DNA of 64,000 bases from an uncultured archaeon (GCA_964551375.1 CAZKBG010000001.1:42833-106832); one strand, 5' to 3'. Shown: positions 19,795-29,702, counted from the stretch's first letter. Made by a program: numbers and translations. The notes: generated by a model not told the origin, from the letters alone.

Positions 19795-20589
19795 CTAAAT
19801 GCTTTCTTTTATTGCAAAAGTAACTCTTTCCCTTCCGCGAGTTTTTGCCCTGCTGCAAAGCCTATCAGCAGTGACTTCAGCTCTTTCAATAGAATCTCCT
19901 CGTTTCATCCCAACAATTCCCGCGCTGTAATTAAACCTCAATCCTTCCTTTCTTGCTTTTGGATACATTTTCCAGCTCTTTAATTCTTCCTGCCTTGCTC
20001 TCTCAAATTCAGTTGCAAGAAGCGCTTTTGCCGCTCTTGGAGGCATTGGGAGGTATGCTAAAAATTCATCTCCGCCTATGTGTCCGGCAAATCCTCTGGC
20101 TTTAGGAACTACTTTTGCAAGTGAATCAGCAAAGGCGGTTAAGAATCCAAGCCCTCCTTCCTTTCTTCCAAAAAGTGTATTTACTCTTTTGAGTTCATCA
20201 ATGTCAATATAAACAAGCGAGTGATATCCTTCAGATTGAGTGGATTTTAAAAGCTTTGAAAAGAAAAATTCTCTATTAAGCAAGCGGGGAAACTCTTTGT
20301 CCCGTGAAGTAAGTTTTGCTTCCTGGAGAAGATAGTGCTGGGTAAGCCCGTGTCTTTTTGCCCTAAAACTCTTAATTACTTTTATCTGCTCCGCGATTTT
20401 TTCCTTAGGAAAATTTTTTTGAAGCATTAATTCAAGCGTCCTAAATTCTCTTAACAGGCCCTTGTTTCCAATATCCTGCAATCTCATTAATCCTCTAATT
20501 AGTCTTGGTCCATTAGTTATTTTTACTCTCTTCCCCCTCATTTTGTAAAGCGGTTTTTTTATTCCTGTGCTCTGCGGATTTTGATGCAT
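19795..20589 (-). CDS. GGDEF-domain protein (diguanylate cyclase-like) with ~130-aa uncharacterised N-terminal domain
   Basis: SLVYIDIDELKRVNTLFGRKEGGLGFLTAFADSL...ARGFAGHIGGDEFLAYLP...NYSAGIVGM...RLCSRAKTRGRERVTF matches GGDEF blocks including the exact GGDEF. Confidence 0.7.
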   Translation of the reverse strand: MHQNPQSTGIKKPLYKMRGKRVKITNGPRLIRGLMRLQDIGNKGLLREFRTLELMLQKNFPKEKIAEQIKVIKSFRAKRHGLTQHYLLQEAKLTSRDKEFPRLLNREFFFSKLLKSTQSEGYHSLVYIDIDELKRVNTLFGRKEGGLGFLTAFADSLAKVVPKARGFAGHIGGDEFLAYLPMPPRAAKALLATEFERARQEELKSWKMYPKARKEGLRFNYSAGIVGMKRGDSIERAEVTADRLCSRAKTRGRERVTFAIKESI

Positions 20590-20622
20590 AATAAACTTTT
20601 AGGCATACTTTGTATTTAACAC

Positions 20623-21138
20623 TTACTCGATGTAACTTTGTTTTGAATAAGGGCAGCACTCATCAAATTCATCTTTTTCCTTGCTTTCCTGTTGCGTGGG
20701 GTTGTCACAGCGCCCTGACTTTAAGTATTCTTCAAAAACCTCATGCAAGTTCTTAATCAAATTATGTTCTTTGTATTCCTTTGGATTAATCCACTCAAAC
20801 TTATCGTGGTCCTTGCTTAGTTTCACTTCGCTTGTTTTTGATTTGCACTTAAAAAAAATTCTCACAATTTGAAGCTGTTCTCCTTTTACAACAGGATAAG
20901 CTTCATTAACAAAAAACGCATTTCCTACTTCAATTTGGTTATGTTTAAGTCCAGTCTCTTCTTCTATTTCTCTAAGCAAATTTTCCTGAATTGTTTTGCC
21001 CGCCTCAATTCTTCCGCCAACAACATCAAAAAATCCTTCTTGAGTTCCATCAGCATACTTTTTAGACTCGCGCAGAACAAGCACCCTGCCCTCATGCTCA
21101 ATGAATGCTTTGGCAGCAACAAATAGTTTTGTTTCCAT
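20623..21138 (-). CDS. NUDIX hydrolase
   Basis: Nudix box GGRIEAGKTIQENLLREIEEETGL (Gx5Ex7REUxEExGU). Confidence 0.75.
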   Translation of the reverse strand: METKLFVAAKAFIEHEGRVLVLRESKKYADGTQEGFFDVVGGRIEAGKTIQENLLREIEEETGLKHNQIEVGNAFFVNEAYPVVKGEQLQIVRIFFKCKSKTSEVKLSKDHDKFEWINPKEYKEHNLIKNLHEVFEEYLKSGRCDNPTQQESKEKDEFDECCPYSKQSYIE

Positions 21139-21247
21139 TTAGATTATCTTGGATTTTGAAGTATAATTAATTTTGCTTTATTGTTCCTTAATTTGTTTTA
21201 TTGTCCCTTAAACTTGAACTAATAACAATTAAATATGTGGAAGAAGT

Positions 21248-21679
21248 TTGATAGTTTGGACTGGGATAATTTTGGATTTAATAAAACAGCTAAATGATGA
21301 GCACAAAGAAATTCTGTACCTGCTATCTTCGCTTGAATCAGCTGCAAAAACAGGGGTTGTGGAACAGCACACTTTTCTTAATCAAATCACTGAATTAAAA
21401 GAACTTTTAGTAAATCATCTTGCGGTTGAAGATAATTTGTTGTATTCAAAAATCAGGCAAAGTAAATCAGCAAAAGATCGTGAAACAGGGGAAGCTTTTT
21501 CTAAAGAAATGGGCAAAATTGCTGAGAAGGCAATGAAGTTCTTTAATACGTATGATAAGATGCCGGTTTCTTCTCTCCTTAAAAACAAAAAATTTATTTC
21601 GGATTTTGAAGAAATCACTTCAGCAGTGAGAAAAAGAGTTGCAGTTGAAGAAAGTGTTTTATTTAAGCTGTATAATTAA
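21248..21679 (+). CDS. hemerythrin-like (HHE cation-binding) domain protein
   Basis: LNDEHKEI...LVNHLAVEDNLLY resembles hemerythrin H..E / H..ED motifs; ~140 aa helical. Confidence 0.45.
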   Translation: MIVWTGIILDLIKQLNDEHKEILYLLSSLESAAKTGVVEQHTFLNQITELKELLVNHLAVEDNLLYSKIRQSKSAKDRETGEAFSKEMGKIAEKAMKFFNTYDKMPVSSLLKNKKFISDFEEITSAVRKRVAVEESVLFKLYN

Positions 21680-22031
21680 GCTTATTTTGAAAACCCTATG
21701 ATTTTAAGTTAGTGGATTTTGGGGGCAGACAAATTGTCCAATAAAGTGTGTACTCATTTTTTCTTGGATTTTTTTAACTCTTCCTCAAGAACAATGAGCT
21801 GTTTTTTGCAGGTATAAATAGTCTGGGCGGCTTCGCTAAGCCTTGATTCAGAATACAAATTTGCGTCAAGCTTTTTGTTCTTAGACTGCCTAAGCTGAGC
21901 GGAAGCAATTCTCTTTCTCAATCTGCTGATTTTTTTATGCAGTTCTGACATATAAGTAAATTAAGCCTGCTTGTTGTATTTAATCCTGCTTTAGGTAAAC
22001 TATATATCCCGCAAATGAGGATAATTATGTT

Positions 22032-22730
22032 ATGCAAAACAAGCCTGTGCGAAAAAACTCTTTTTCAAAGCCAAAAGTGGACAAAACAGACCCTGCAAGA
22101 TTTAGGCGAACAACAAGATTAACTTGGCATTTAATGGAAGCCTCAAGAAAGCTTGGAAGAGGCCCTCCAAACGTAAAAGCAAAAAAAGTCGCTGAACTGG
22201 TTCTTGAAAAAATTCCAACTGATTTAAACATTATTCACTCTGAAAAAAACCGCCTTTTTAGAAGAAGCGCGCATAATGCTCTGCTTTATAAAAAGCCAAT
22301 CGGACCAATGCAATGCGCAGAGAGGTGCAATTTAGCAATTGCTCTTCTTAACGCATCAGGAGTAAAATCCTGGCTTGCGCGCGTAATTTATTTAGAAAGA
22401 AAAACAAAAACTTGGCATTTTCATGATTACGCAGAATTTGTTTCCGGAGAACGCGTTTACACACTGGTTTTTGGAACAAAGCCTGACGGAAGAGGGGATT
22501 ATACAATAATACCTGACGCGGTCGAACAAGTTTTTAAAGGCTCAAATCCGGTGGTGTTTAGGGCAACTGATTCAAAGCAAATAGGCGGGGTTGACAGCTG
22601 GGCAACTTACAAAGCATATTCAAGAAAGCTTAACCAGAGCTTTACAAAAGAAATGGTAAAAAATAGAAGAAGATTGGACCTGTTAATTAGAGAAGGAATA
22701 ATTCCTCAAGAAGCCCTTTGGCATATTTAA
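22032..22730 (+). CDS. transglutaminase-like cysteine peptidase superfamily protein (cytoplasmic), paralog 1
   Basis: QCAERCNLAIALLNASGVKSWLARVIY...WHFHDYAEF...D fits the Transglut_core pattern Cys...ALL.A.G(I/V)(P/K)AR.V...H.W.E.Y...D; no signal peptide; TATA (ctatatat) ~30 nt upstream. Confidence 0.6.
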   Translation: MQNKPVRKNSFSKPKVDKTDPARFRRTTRLTWHLMEASRKLGRGPPNVKAKKVAELVLEKIPTDLNIIHSEKNRLFRRSAHNALLYKKPIGPMQCAERCNLAIALLNASGVKSWLARVIYLERKTKTWHFHDYAEFVSGERVYTLVFGTKPDGRGDYTIIPDAVEQVFKGSNPVVFRATDSKQIGGVDSWATYKAYSRKLNQSFTKEMVKNRRRLDLLIREGIIPQEALWHI

Positions 22731-22771
22731 CGAACTTATTAATTCAGGCTCTGATAAATTCAACGCATTGA

Positions 22772-23578
22772 TTATTTTCTACGCATTAATCTATTTTGTT
22801 TCGGCTTAAGCATGGGCAAAACGCCTTGTTGAGTTCCCCTCAAAAATCTGGCAACAGCTTTTTGCTCAAGCCAGTCATATTTTCTTTTTGCTCTTGGAAA
22901 AGATTTGTACTTGCTTTTTTGAGGAACTCTTCGCCTTGCTTTTTCAGCAATTTGTGCTCTTAAATCTTTTTCTCTAAGATTTTGCGCGGTTTTTTTAAAT
23001 TTTCTTTCAGCAAGAACAGCGTCCCTTGCGCCTGCGCCAAGCCCAAATTTCGGCGGAATATTAGTTAATTTAAAATCCTTATTAGCCCACCCATGCGGAA
23101 TTTGAAGAAGCCTTGCCGCAGCCGCATCTTCTTTTAATCTTGAGCCAATCATAAGAGCATCTCTTCTTTCAATTCCCTCTCTTCGCATAATCTCAGCAAT
23201 TCTAATTGCTTTCCCGAATGCTTCTTCAGAAAGATAACCTGAATCCCGTGCTCTATCAACTCGCTGTTCATATGACGCTGATTTGAATACCACTCCGTTA
23301 TGCGCAGCTCTTTCAAAAAATTCTCTTTTAGTAATAGGTCTCACAATTTGAACGCTGTCAAAAATAGAAAAATCCCTGTACCCTGCCGATTTAAGCTGGT
23401 CGATTAATTTTGAAGGAGTGGTAGCCTGCGCTGTCACAAGCGTAATTTTAACACCCGCTTCAACAATTTGTTTTAACTTTAGCGGCAAATGTTTTGAAGG
23501 CGGTTTGTATGGTTTATGTTTATTTCCAGTAGGAACGACAAGAGTGTATTGGGGTTCAATAAAAAGCATCTTTTGCAT
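22772..23578 (-). CDS. hypothetical protein (268 aa)
   Basis: ORF only; basic C-terminus. Confidence 0.4.
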   Translation of the reverse strand: MQKMLFIEPQYTLVVPTGNKHKPYKPPSKHLPLKLKQIVEAGVKITLVTAQATTPSKLIDQLKSAGYRDFSIFDSVQIVRPITKREFFERAAHNGVVFKSASYEQRVDRARDSGYLSEEAFGKAIRIAEIMRREGIERRDALMIGSRLKEDAAAARLLQIPHGWANKDFKLTNIPPKFGLGAGARDAVLAERKFKKTAQNLREKDLRAQIAEKARRRVPQKSKYKSFPRAKRKYDWLEQKAVARFLRGTQQGVLPMLKPKQNRLMRRK

Positions 23579-23675
23579 AATTACTCTTCTTCTTTGATAT
23601 ATTTAACATATGAGGTTATGCCCAAGATTATAGCATATGTTAATTTTATATTTAGGAAAGTTCTATTTTCTGTGT

Positions 23676-25577
23676 ATGCAAAATAAGGATCAGAAAGGAC
23701 AGGGTACTATTGAGTACTTGGTTATTATTGCAGTAGTGATTGTGATAGCGTTAGTGGTAGTTGGCTTGCTCACAGGGCTTTTTGGTGACCTTGGATTGAG
23801 CTCAATTTTTGTTACTCCTGAAATTAAAGGACAAATCGGCTCAGGCGGGGTTAGCGTAGTTGATGCTGCTTCAGACCTTGATGGAAAAATACTTTTAGTA
23901 CTGCAAAATGACTCAAGCGATTCTTTTGAAATTACCGACATTAATTCAGGCGGTGGAAAATCTTCCTACCTTCCGACAAATTTAATTTTAGGGGACGAAA
24001 GGAGATTTTTGCTTGATGCTTCAAATCTTGAATGCATATGCTCCGCGGGAGAAACCCGCAGGATTTGCGAATTTACTGTGACGCTTACTTCAGCCGCGGG
24101 GCTTATAAAACAGGAGCAAATAAAAACTACCGTTGACTGCATTTCGCAGATAGTTGACAATCCAACAATAATTCACCCTTCAACTGTTGGTTTAATGTCT
24201 TTATCATGGGCGCGGGCGTCGCATGATATTAATCCGCCAATTGCAAATATGGAAAGCGCCGGAGAGCAAGTTGGAATTGATTCAAGTGGAAATGTATTTG
24301 TTTATGGATACGCGCATAGGGAATATACTGACATAAATTTTGGAGATGTGTATCTAAGCGCTTCCCCAAGCGAAGGAAGGTATGCATTTTTGGCAAAATA
24401 TAACCCGACAGGAACTGTTTTGTGGGCAATTGGAATTCCAAATGCTTGGTCCGGAGCATACCCTCAGCCGCTTGCAGTTGATTCCAGCGGAAATGTGTAT
24501 ATCACTGGAAATACAGACAGCAACATAGATTTGGGCGGGGGAGTAATTTATTATTCAAATGACTGGCGTGATTTTTTCATTGCAAAAATAGCGTCAAATG
24601 GAACTCCATTATGGATTAGGGGAGCTGGCGCAAATTCAGCTAATAGCGAAGGATTTACTGTGGGGCTTGATTTAAGCGGAAATCCAATGCTTGCGGGGTT
24701 ATTTGGCGGAGATTTAAATATTGACAATCACATCCTGACTGATTTAGGCGACGCGATGGTTTTTGTTGTGAAATATGATTCAGACGGAAATTATCTTTTG
24801 AGCCACACAAGCAGAATAAACGGCGCGATGAATATAAAAAATGGAATCGTTGACTCAAGTGGAAATTCATATTTCACAGGAGTTCAGCAGGCTGATGTAA
24901 ACTTTGGCGGAAATGTAACAATTGCTTCAAATGGTAACCAAAATTATTATGCAGTAAAATATGATTCAAATGGAAATCCGCTTTGGGCAAAAACAAGCTA
25001 TTCAAGAAACACCGATCTTAGAAGCATTGCAATTGACACTTTGGGAAACGTGCTTTTTACAGGATATTATTCAGGAGGATTTTTTGGAAATCCTGATTTA
25101 AATATCGGCGAAACAGTGCTTCACGGAACCAGCGCTGACAATTTATTTGTTCTTAAATATTCTTCTGCAGGGAGCCTTGTTTGGGCAAAAGTATCTGACA
25201 TTTTAGGAGCTTCAACAGTTTTATTCCCTGGGGGAATGGTTTCGGATTCAGAGAACAATGTATACATTGCAGGGCAGTATAGAAGCGGGGATGCAAATTT
25301 CGGCTCAATTTATTTTCCAACACCAATTCTTTCAACATTTAATTTCTTTGTCTTAAAATATTCTTCATTAGGAGTTCCAATTTGGGGAGATTATGCAAAA
25401 AGCTCTCAGGCGCTAATGTCGATATATTTGAATTCAATAAGTGCAAGCTCAAACGGAAGCATAGCAACAATAGGTGAGTTTAATACAATTGACATTAATT
25501 TTGGAAGTTATATCCTTCCAGCTTTGTATGACAGAAACACGAGTTTTTTTGTGGTGAAATACGCGCAGGCACAGTAA
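23676..25577 (+). CDS. pilin-like secreted protein: class III signal peptide fused to SBBP-type beta-propeller repeats
   Basis: MQNKDQKGQ|GTIEYLVIIAVVIVIALVVVGLL; repeats DSSGN(V/S)Y(I/F)TG ... (F/Y)(V/A)(V/L)KYDS(D/N)GN(Y/P)LW typical of SBBP beta-propeller repeats; TATA ttttatattt 22-31 nt upstream (leaderless); list ORF starts at 23637 but ATG 23676 is more likely. Confidence 0.65.
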   Translation: MQNKDQKGQGTIEYLVIIAVVIVIALVVVGLLTGLFGDLGLSSIFVTPEIKGQIGSGGVSVVDAASDLDGKILLVLQNDSSDSFEITDINSGGGKSSYLPTNLILGDERRFLLDASNLECICSAGETRRICEFTVTLTSAAGLIKQEQIKTTVDCISQIVDNPTIIHPSTVGLMSLSWARASHDINPPIANMESAGEQVGIDSSGNVFVYGYAHREYTDINFGDVYLSASPSEGRYAFLAKYNPTGTVLWAIGIPNAWSGAYPQPLAVDSSGNVYITGNTDSNIDLGGGVIYYSNDWRDFFIAKIASNGTPLWIRGAGANSANSEGFTVGLDLSGNPMLAGLFGGDLNIDNHILTDLGDAMVFVVKYDSDGNYLLSHTSRINGAMNIKNGIVDSSGNSYFTGVQQADVNFGGNVTIASNGNQNYYAVKYDSNGNPLWAKTSYSRNTDLRSIAIDTLGNVLFTGYYSGGFFGNPDLNIGETVLHGTSADNLFVLKYSSAGSLVWAKVSDILGASTVLFPGGMVSDSENNVYIAGQYRSGDANFGSIYFPTPILSTFNFFVLKYSSLGVPIWGDYAKSSQALMSIYLNSISASSNGSIATIGEFNTIDINFGSYILPALYDRNTSFFVVKYAQAQ

Positions 25578-25614
25578 ATTTTTAAGTTACTAAACCTCAC
25601 TCAGATGATTAAAA

Positions 25615-26424
25615 CTATTTTTTAACAATTTTCACTTCATCAGGGTCAATTCGGTGGCTGTTTGCATAATCATGCATTTCCATTTCCGCTTCAGTGATTT
25701 GTTTTTGAAGAATTTTTGAAAGCTGGATTGACTCAGCGCTTAAATTTTCAGTCCTCAATAAATTAGCTTTTTGCGCTTCTCTTTGCGCAATAAACTCTTT
25801 TACTGATTTGATTAGCATTTTTGGATTAGTTCTGTATAATTCAAAAGTCGTTGGAATTATGGAAATATTCACCGCTGCGTTTGCAAAAGCATCGCTTTTT
25901 GTCTGCCTTTGGACAAGCGTGCTATTTGCCATTTTGTGAAGCGAAGTGGCTTCATGCCCGATAAATTCAATTATGGGCTCCATAAGAGCTTCTCTTGATC
26001 TGCCATCAATAGCAGGCATTCTGTTAATAATTTTCATTAAGTAAAATTGCCTTGGCGGAGCCTGCTTAATGTTTGTTCCCTTAAAAACAGCTTCCCTTCC
26101 CCTTATCATGGATTCCATGAGCCTGAGCACTTGAGGGTTTCTCACAAAATGCCTTGAATTTGCAACCACTTGTTTTGCAATAAGGGCTCTTGCAACTTCC
26201 TGCGCATTTGAGAATGTTCCTGATTTTTTTCTTAAAAATACAGTGTCATGAGAGCGGATTGTTCCAACGCTTGGATTTCCTTTAAGTCTCTTCATCCACC
26301 CATTGTCAGCCATTATCATGGTGAGTTCATTAACCTGCCCGTTTCTGCGCAATACAGGCGCGCGGTTAAATCTTTTTTGCGCTGCTCCTTGCTGAGTTCT
26401 GTTATGCGGATGTCCATTAGCCAT
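25615..26424 (-). CDS. hypothetical protein (269 aa)
   Basis: ORF only. Confidence 0.4.
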   Translation of the reverse strand: MANGHPHNRTQQGAAQKRFNRAPVLRRNGQVNELTMIMADNGWMKRLKGNPSVGTIRSHDTVFLRKKSGTFSNAQEVARALIAKQVVANSRHFVRNPQVLRLMESMIRGREAVFKGTNIKQAPPRQFYLMKIINRMPAIDGRSREALMEPIIEFIGHEATSLHKMANSTLVQRQTKSDAFANAAVNISIIPTTFELYRTNPKMLIKSVKEFIAQREAQKANLLRTENLSAESIQLSKILQKQITEAEMEMHDYANSHRIDPDEVKIVKK

Positions 26425-26504
26425 ATTACTAATTTTGTGTTTTCGCTTAATTTAAAGGTTTTGGAGGAGGAAAATATCCTGTCCAATATTTTGAGATTAG
26501 CTTT

Positions 26505-27329
26505 TTGGATAAGCTTTTTAACAACCCTTGCATCAAGTTGTTTATGAGCGCAGGAAAAAAAATGAGGGTGTTTAGAAAACTCGCCGCGCACGATGCCAAG
26601 ATTTATGATGCACTACTCCCAAAACGCTCCTCAATTGCTCCTCACTTTAACAATACTCCAGTTGCTTCTTCAAAACATGTAAAAGTCGCAAAAACAGATC
26701 CTGCAAGATTTAGGCGAACAACAAGAGCAAATCATTTAGTTCATGAATTTGCCGCGCAGGTTAAAGGAGATAGTTTTCAAAAAGCAGAACAAATTGCAAA
26801 AAAAGTTCTTGAACAGATCCCAGGCTCTGATACAATTAAGGTAATTGAAAAGCGCAGAATATTCGCCCGCGGAGCAGGAATAGCGATGGCAGAAAAAAAA
26901 CCAATAGGGCCTTTTCACTGCGTTGAAAGATGCAATTTAGCACTTGCTCTATTAAACGCATCAGGGGTAAAATCCTGGCTTGCAAGAGTGATTGTATTTA
27001 ACCGCAAAATAAAGAAAGTTGAATTTCACGACTATGTTGAATTTTCAGCAGGCGGAGGAGTCTGCACATTAATGTTCACAAATCACAAAGGCACAGACAA
27101 AAACTTTGTTGTTCTTGAAGGCCCAGTTGAGTTATCAGTTCATTCCGTTGGGAATATGACACTTAGAGCTCTTGATTCAAAACAAATAGGCGGAACAGGA
27201 AACTGGAATGAGTATAAAAGATTTGAACGAAGAATTAGCGGCATGGGATTTTATAGGGAAATTAAAAAAAACGAGCGCAGAATTGAACTGCTTCAAAAAG
27301 AAGGATTAATGCCTCATAGATTATACTAA
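26505..27329 (+). CDS. transglutaminase-like cysteine peptidase superfamily protein, paralog 2
   Basis: Shares TDPARFRRTTR, KKPIGP(F/M)(H/Q)C(V/A)ERCNLA(L/I)ALLNASGVKSWLARVI, FHDY(V/A)EF and DSKQIGG with ORF 22032. Confidence 0.6.
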   Translation: MDKLFNNPCIKLFMSAGKKMRVFRKLAAHDAKIYDALLPKRSSIAPHFNNTPVASSKHVKVAKTDPARFRRTTRANHLVHEFAAQVKGDSFQKAEQIAKKVLEQIPGSDTIKVIEKRRIFARGAGIAMAEKKPIGPFHCVERCNLALALLNASGVKSWLARVIVFNRKIKKVEFHDYVEFSAGGGVCTLMFTNHKGTDKNFVVLEGPVELSVHSVGNMTLRALDSKQIGGTGNWNEYKRFERRISGMGFYREIKKNERRIELLQKEGLMPHRLY

Positions 27330-27366
27330 ACTTAACAATTATATTCTCAAGAGCTATTTTTCTATA

Positions 27367-28626
27367 ATGCAAAAAAGAGCGCAGTGCGTCCACAAAGGAC
27401 AGGGCGCAATAGAATATCTTCTGATTATAGGCGTTGCAATTCTAATAATTGCTGTAGTGATAATTGCAGTAATTGGAATATTAGGGCAGGGGCAGAATCA
27501 AAAAGACGATTCGCTTAATTTAGCCGGCTCAAGCTACAAAGGAATTTATGATATAATTGATACCATGCATAATGCAGTTAAATTAAAGATTCTGCTTAAT
27601 GTTGGAACTAATGAAATTAAGGTTCCTTCAGATATGTCTGCAGGGGATATATTTTTCTCAGCACCTCCTGAAGGAACAATACTAAAAAATCTTCCTTGTC
27701 CAGTTGCAACTTCTACTTTCACTTCAGGCGCTTGGGCTCCAACAATTGACTCCTGCAATGTTCCGGGCGGAAGCACAATTATTGTTGATGTTCCAAATAA
27801 TGGTTCTGAGGCAAATGTTGCTTTTACACTTCCAAATGAAGGGGTTCCTGAATTGATATTCTTTTCAGGCGGTAAGGGAACAATTGAGGACCCGTTTAAA
27901 ATTTCCACAATTAACCAGCTTCAAAATATTGACCGCGCTCTTGGGAAAAATTTTATTTTAGAAAATGATATTGATGCAAGTTCTAAAGTGGATTTTATTC
28001 CAATTGGGGCCAGAAGCGGAGTTCCATTTACTGGGACTTTTGATGGGAACAATAAAAAAATTTATAGATTAACAATTAATCAAATAAATGTTGATTCTGC
28101 TCTTAATGGATTAGTTCCTGTAAAAGTGACTAACTTAGGTCTTTTTAGCAAACTTGGCGCTGCGGGGCCTAATCGCGCACAAATTCATGATCTTAAAATT
28201 GAAGATGTTAAAATTTATGTTATTCCTGATGATGATTTTTTAGCCGCGGCAGCACAACCAAGTTCAGGCGGAGCTAATTCGGGGATATTATCAGGGCAAG
28301 CTGATTTAGCAAATGTTTCTTTTTCAAATATTGTAATTACAAGAGGGGAAATAAATTACACCTTCATGTCCACAATAAATCCGGGGTATACTGATGTTTC
28401 TTCAGTTGGGTGCTTATTTGGAAAAAACTCCCGCGCGACAGAGGGTAATACTTGTGTTTCACAAGATGTAAAAGTTACTTTGGTAAAAATTGATACTTTG
28501 AATTCTGGGGAGCCTGTGATTCATCCAACGCAAATTAACAATTGTAAGACAGTAAGTATTGTTCGCACAAGCGGGCTTAATCCGATTGGTTTTCAAACTA
28601 ATTGTGTTTCTTCTAATGACTCCTGA
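27367..28626 (+). CDS. pilin-like secreted protein with class III signal peptide (419 aa)
   Basis: MQKRAQCVHKGQ|GAIEYLLIIGVAILIIAVVIIAVIGIL; body includes a GTFDGNNKKIYRL-type motif seen in beta-helix/adhesin-like repeats. Confidence 0.6.
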   Translation: MQKRAQCVHKGQGAIEYLLIIGVAILIIAVVIIAVIGILGQGQNQKDDSLNLAGSSYKGIYDIIDTMHNAVKLKILLNVGTNEIKVPSDMSAGDIFFSAPPEGTILKNLPCPVATSTFTSGAWAPTIDSCNVPGGSTIIVDVPNNGSEANVAFTLPNEGVPELIFFSGGKGTIEDPFKISTINQLQNIDRALGKNFILENDIDASSKVDFIPIGARSGVPFTGTFDGNNKKIYRLTINQINVDSALNGLVPVKVTNLGLFSKLGAAGPNRAQIHDLKIEDVKIYVIPDDDFLAAAAQPSSGGANSGILSGQADLANVSFSNIVITRGEINYTFMSTINPGYTDVSSVGCLFGKNSRATEGNTCVSQDVKVTLVKIDTLNSGEPVIHPTQINNCKTVSIVRTSGLNPIGFQTNCVSSNDS

Positions 28627-28669
28627 TTGAATAGAAAACCCTTAAATTCTCTTAGATTGTATTCTTTTC

Positions 28670-29632
28670 ATGGCAAGGAAGTTAGTTTTGGCAGTTCTTC
28701 TGCTTTTTTTGACTGCGAGTGTATTTGCGCTTTGTGAAACAACTCCTGATAAAATAAAACGAATTGATTTGAGTTATAATATTCTTTCAGACGGAAGCGC
28801 GGATGCTACATTTGTGCTTTTAGTTGATTATTCCGAATCCTGCTTGATTGAACAATTTAAGGATTCAATTGACCGAAATCTTGATTCAAATTTTCAAATA
28901 GTTGAAATATCTTCAGATCAAGTATATTGTCCAAAAGAGTTTATTTTGAATAATGTAAAAACCGAGCTTGGGAACTTTCCTGACGGGCTAAATTGCATTT
29001 CAACTTTTGGAAACGACAAAAACACTGTGCGAATGAATTTAACAGGAAAAGCAACCAGTTTCGCAAAGAAAGTTGATTTGAACGGAGAAAGCGCTTATGA
29101 GCTCACGCTTGGCGGGACAGGTTTTATGGCTTCTCTTCCAAATGACAGTTCTCTTGTAATCCAGCTCCCAAATAATGCTTACTTTGTAAATCACTCTCCA
29201 TTAGAAGGGAGCACAAAGCAGCCTACTAAATTAACTTGGGCGCCTGTTCCAAGCGAAAAGGTTTTGGTTAATTATGCTCAAGAAGGCTCAATTTTAATCG
29301 CACAGCCGATTGTTCAGCAAAAGGATGATACAAATTATTTGTTAATCTTGATGATGGTGATTTTGGTTTTATTTGTTTTAGTTATAATTAATGTTCGCTC
29401 AAAAAGAGCAAGTATCCCAATTGCTGAGCAAAGCCTTGAAGCACAGCTTAAGGATGTAAAGGACAAAATAAAAAATTTAGAGCAGATGTACATGAAAAGA
29501 ATGATTGATGAAACAACTTACCGCCACCTAAACGAGCAGTATCAAGTGCAGTTGAATGAAGTTGTTGTTAAGATAAAGAAACAAAATGAAAGCAAAAATC
29601 CAGCAAATCCAACTCCTTCAAAAACAGAGTAA
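28670..29632 (+). CDS. secreted, C-terminally membrane-anchored protein with cytoplasmic coiled-coil tail
   Basis: Signal MARKLVLAVLLLFLTASVFA; TM LLILMMVILVLFVLVIINV near the C-terminus followed by a coiled-coil. Confidence 0.5.
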   Translation: MARKLVLAVLLLFLTASVFALCETTPDKIKRIDLSYNILSDGSADATFVLLVDYSESCLIEQFKDSIDRNLDSNFQIVEISSDQVYCPKEFILNNVKTELGNFPDGLNCISTFGNDKNTVRMNLTGKATSFAKKVDLNGESAYELTLGGTGFMASLPNDSSLVIQLPNNAYFVNHSPLEGSTKQPTKLTWAPVPSEKVLVNYAQEGSILIAQPIVQQKDDTNYLLILMMVILVLFVLVIINVRSKRASIPIAEQSLEAQLKDVKDKIKNLEQMYMKRMIDETTYRHLNEQYQVQLNEVVVKIKKQNESKNPANPTPSKTE

Positions 29633-29702
29633 AAATAAATAGTGTCCAATTAATTGTGTTATAACTTAGAAAGTTTTAATGTAATGCTTTTTTTTAACTT
29701 GT

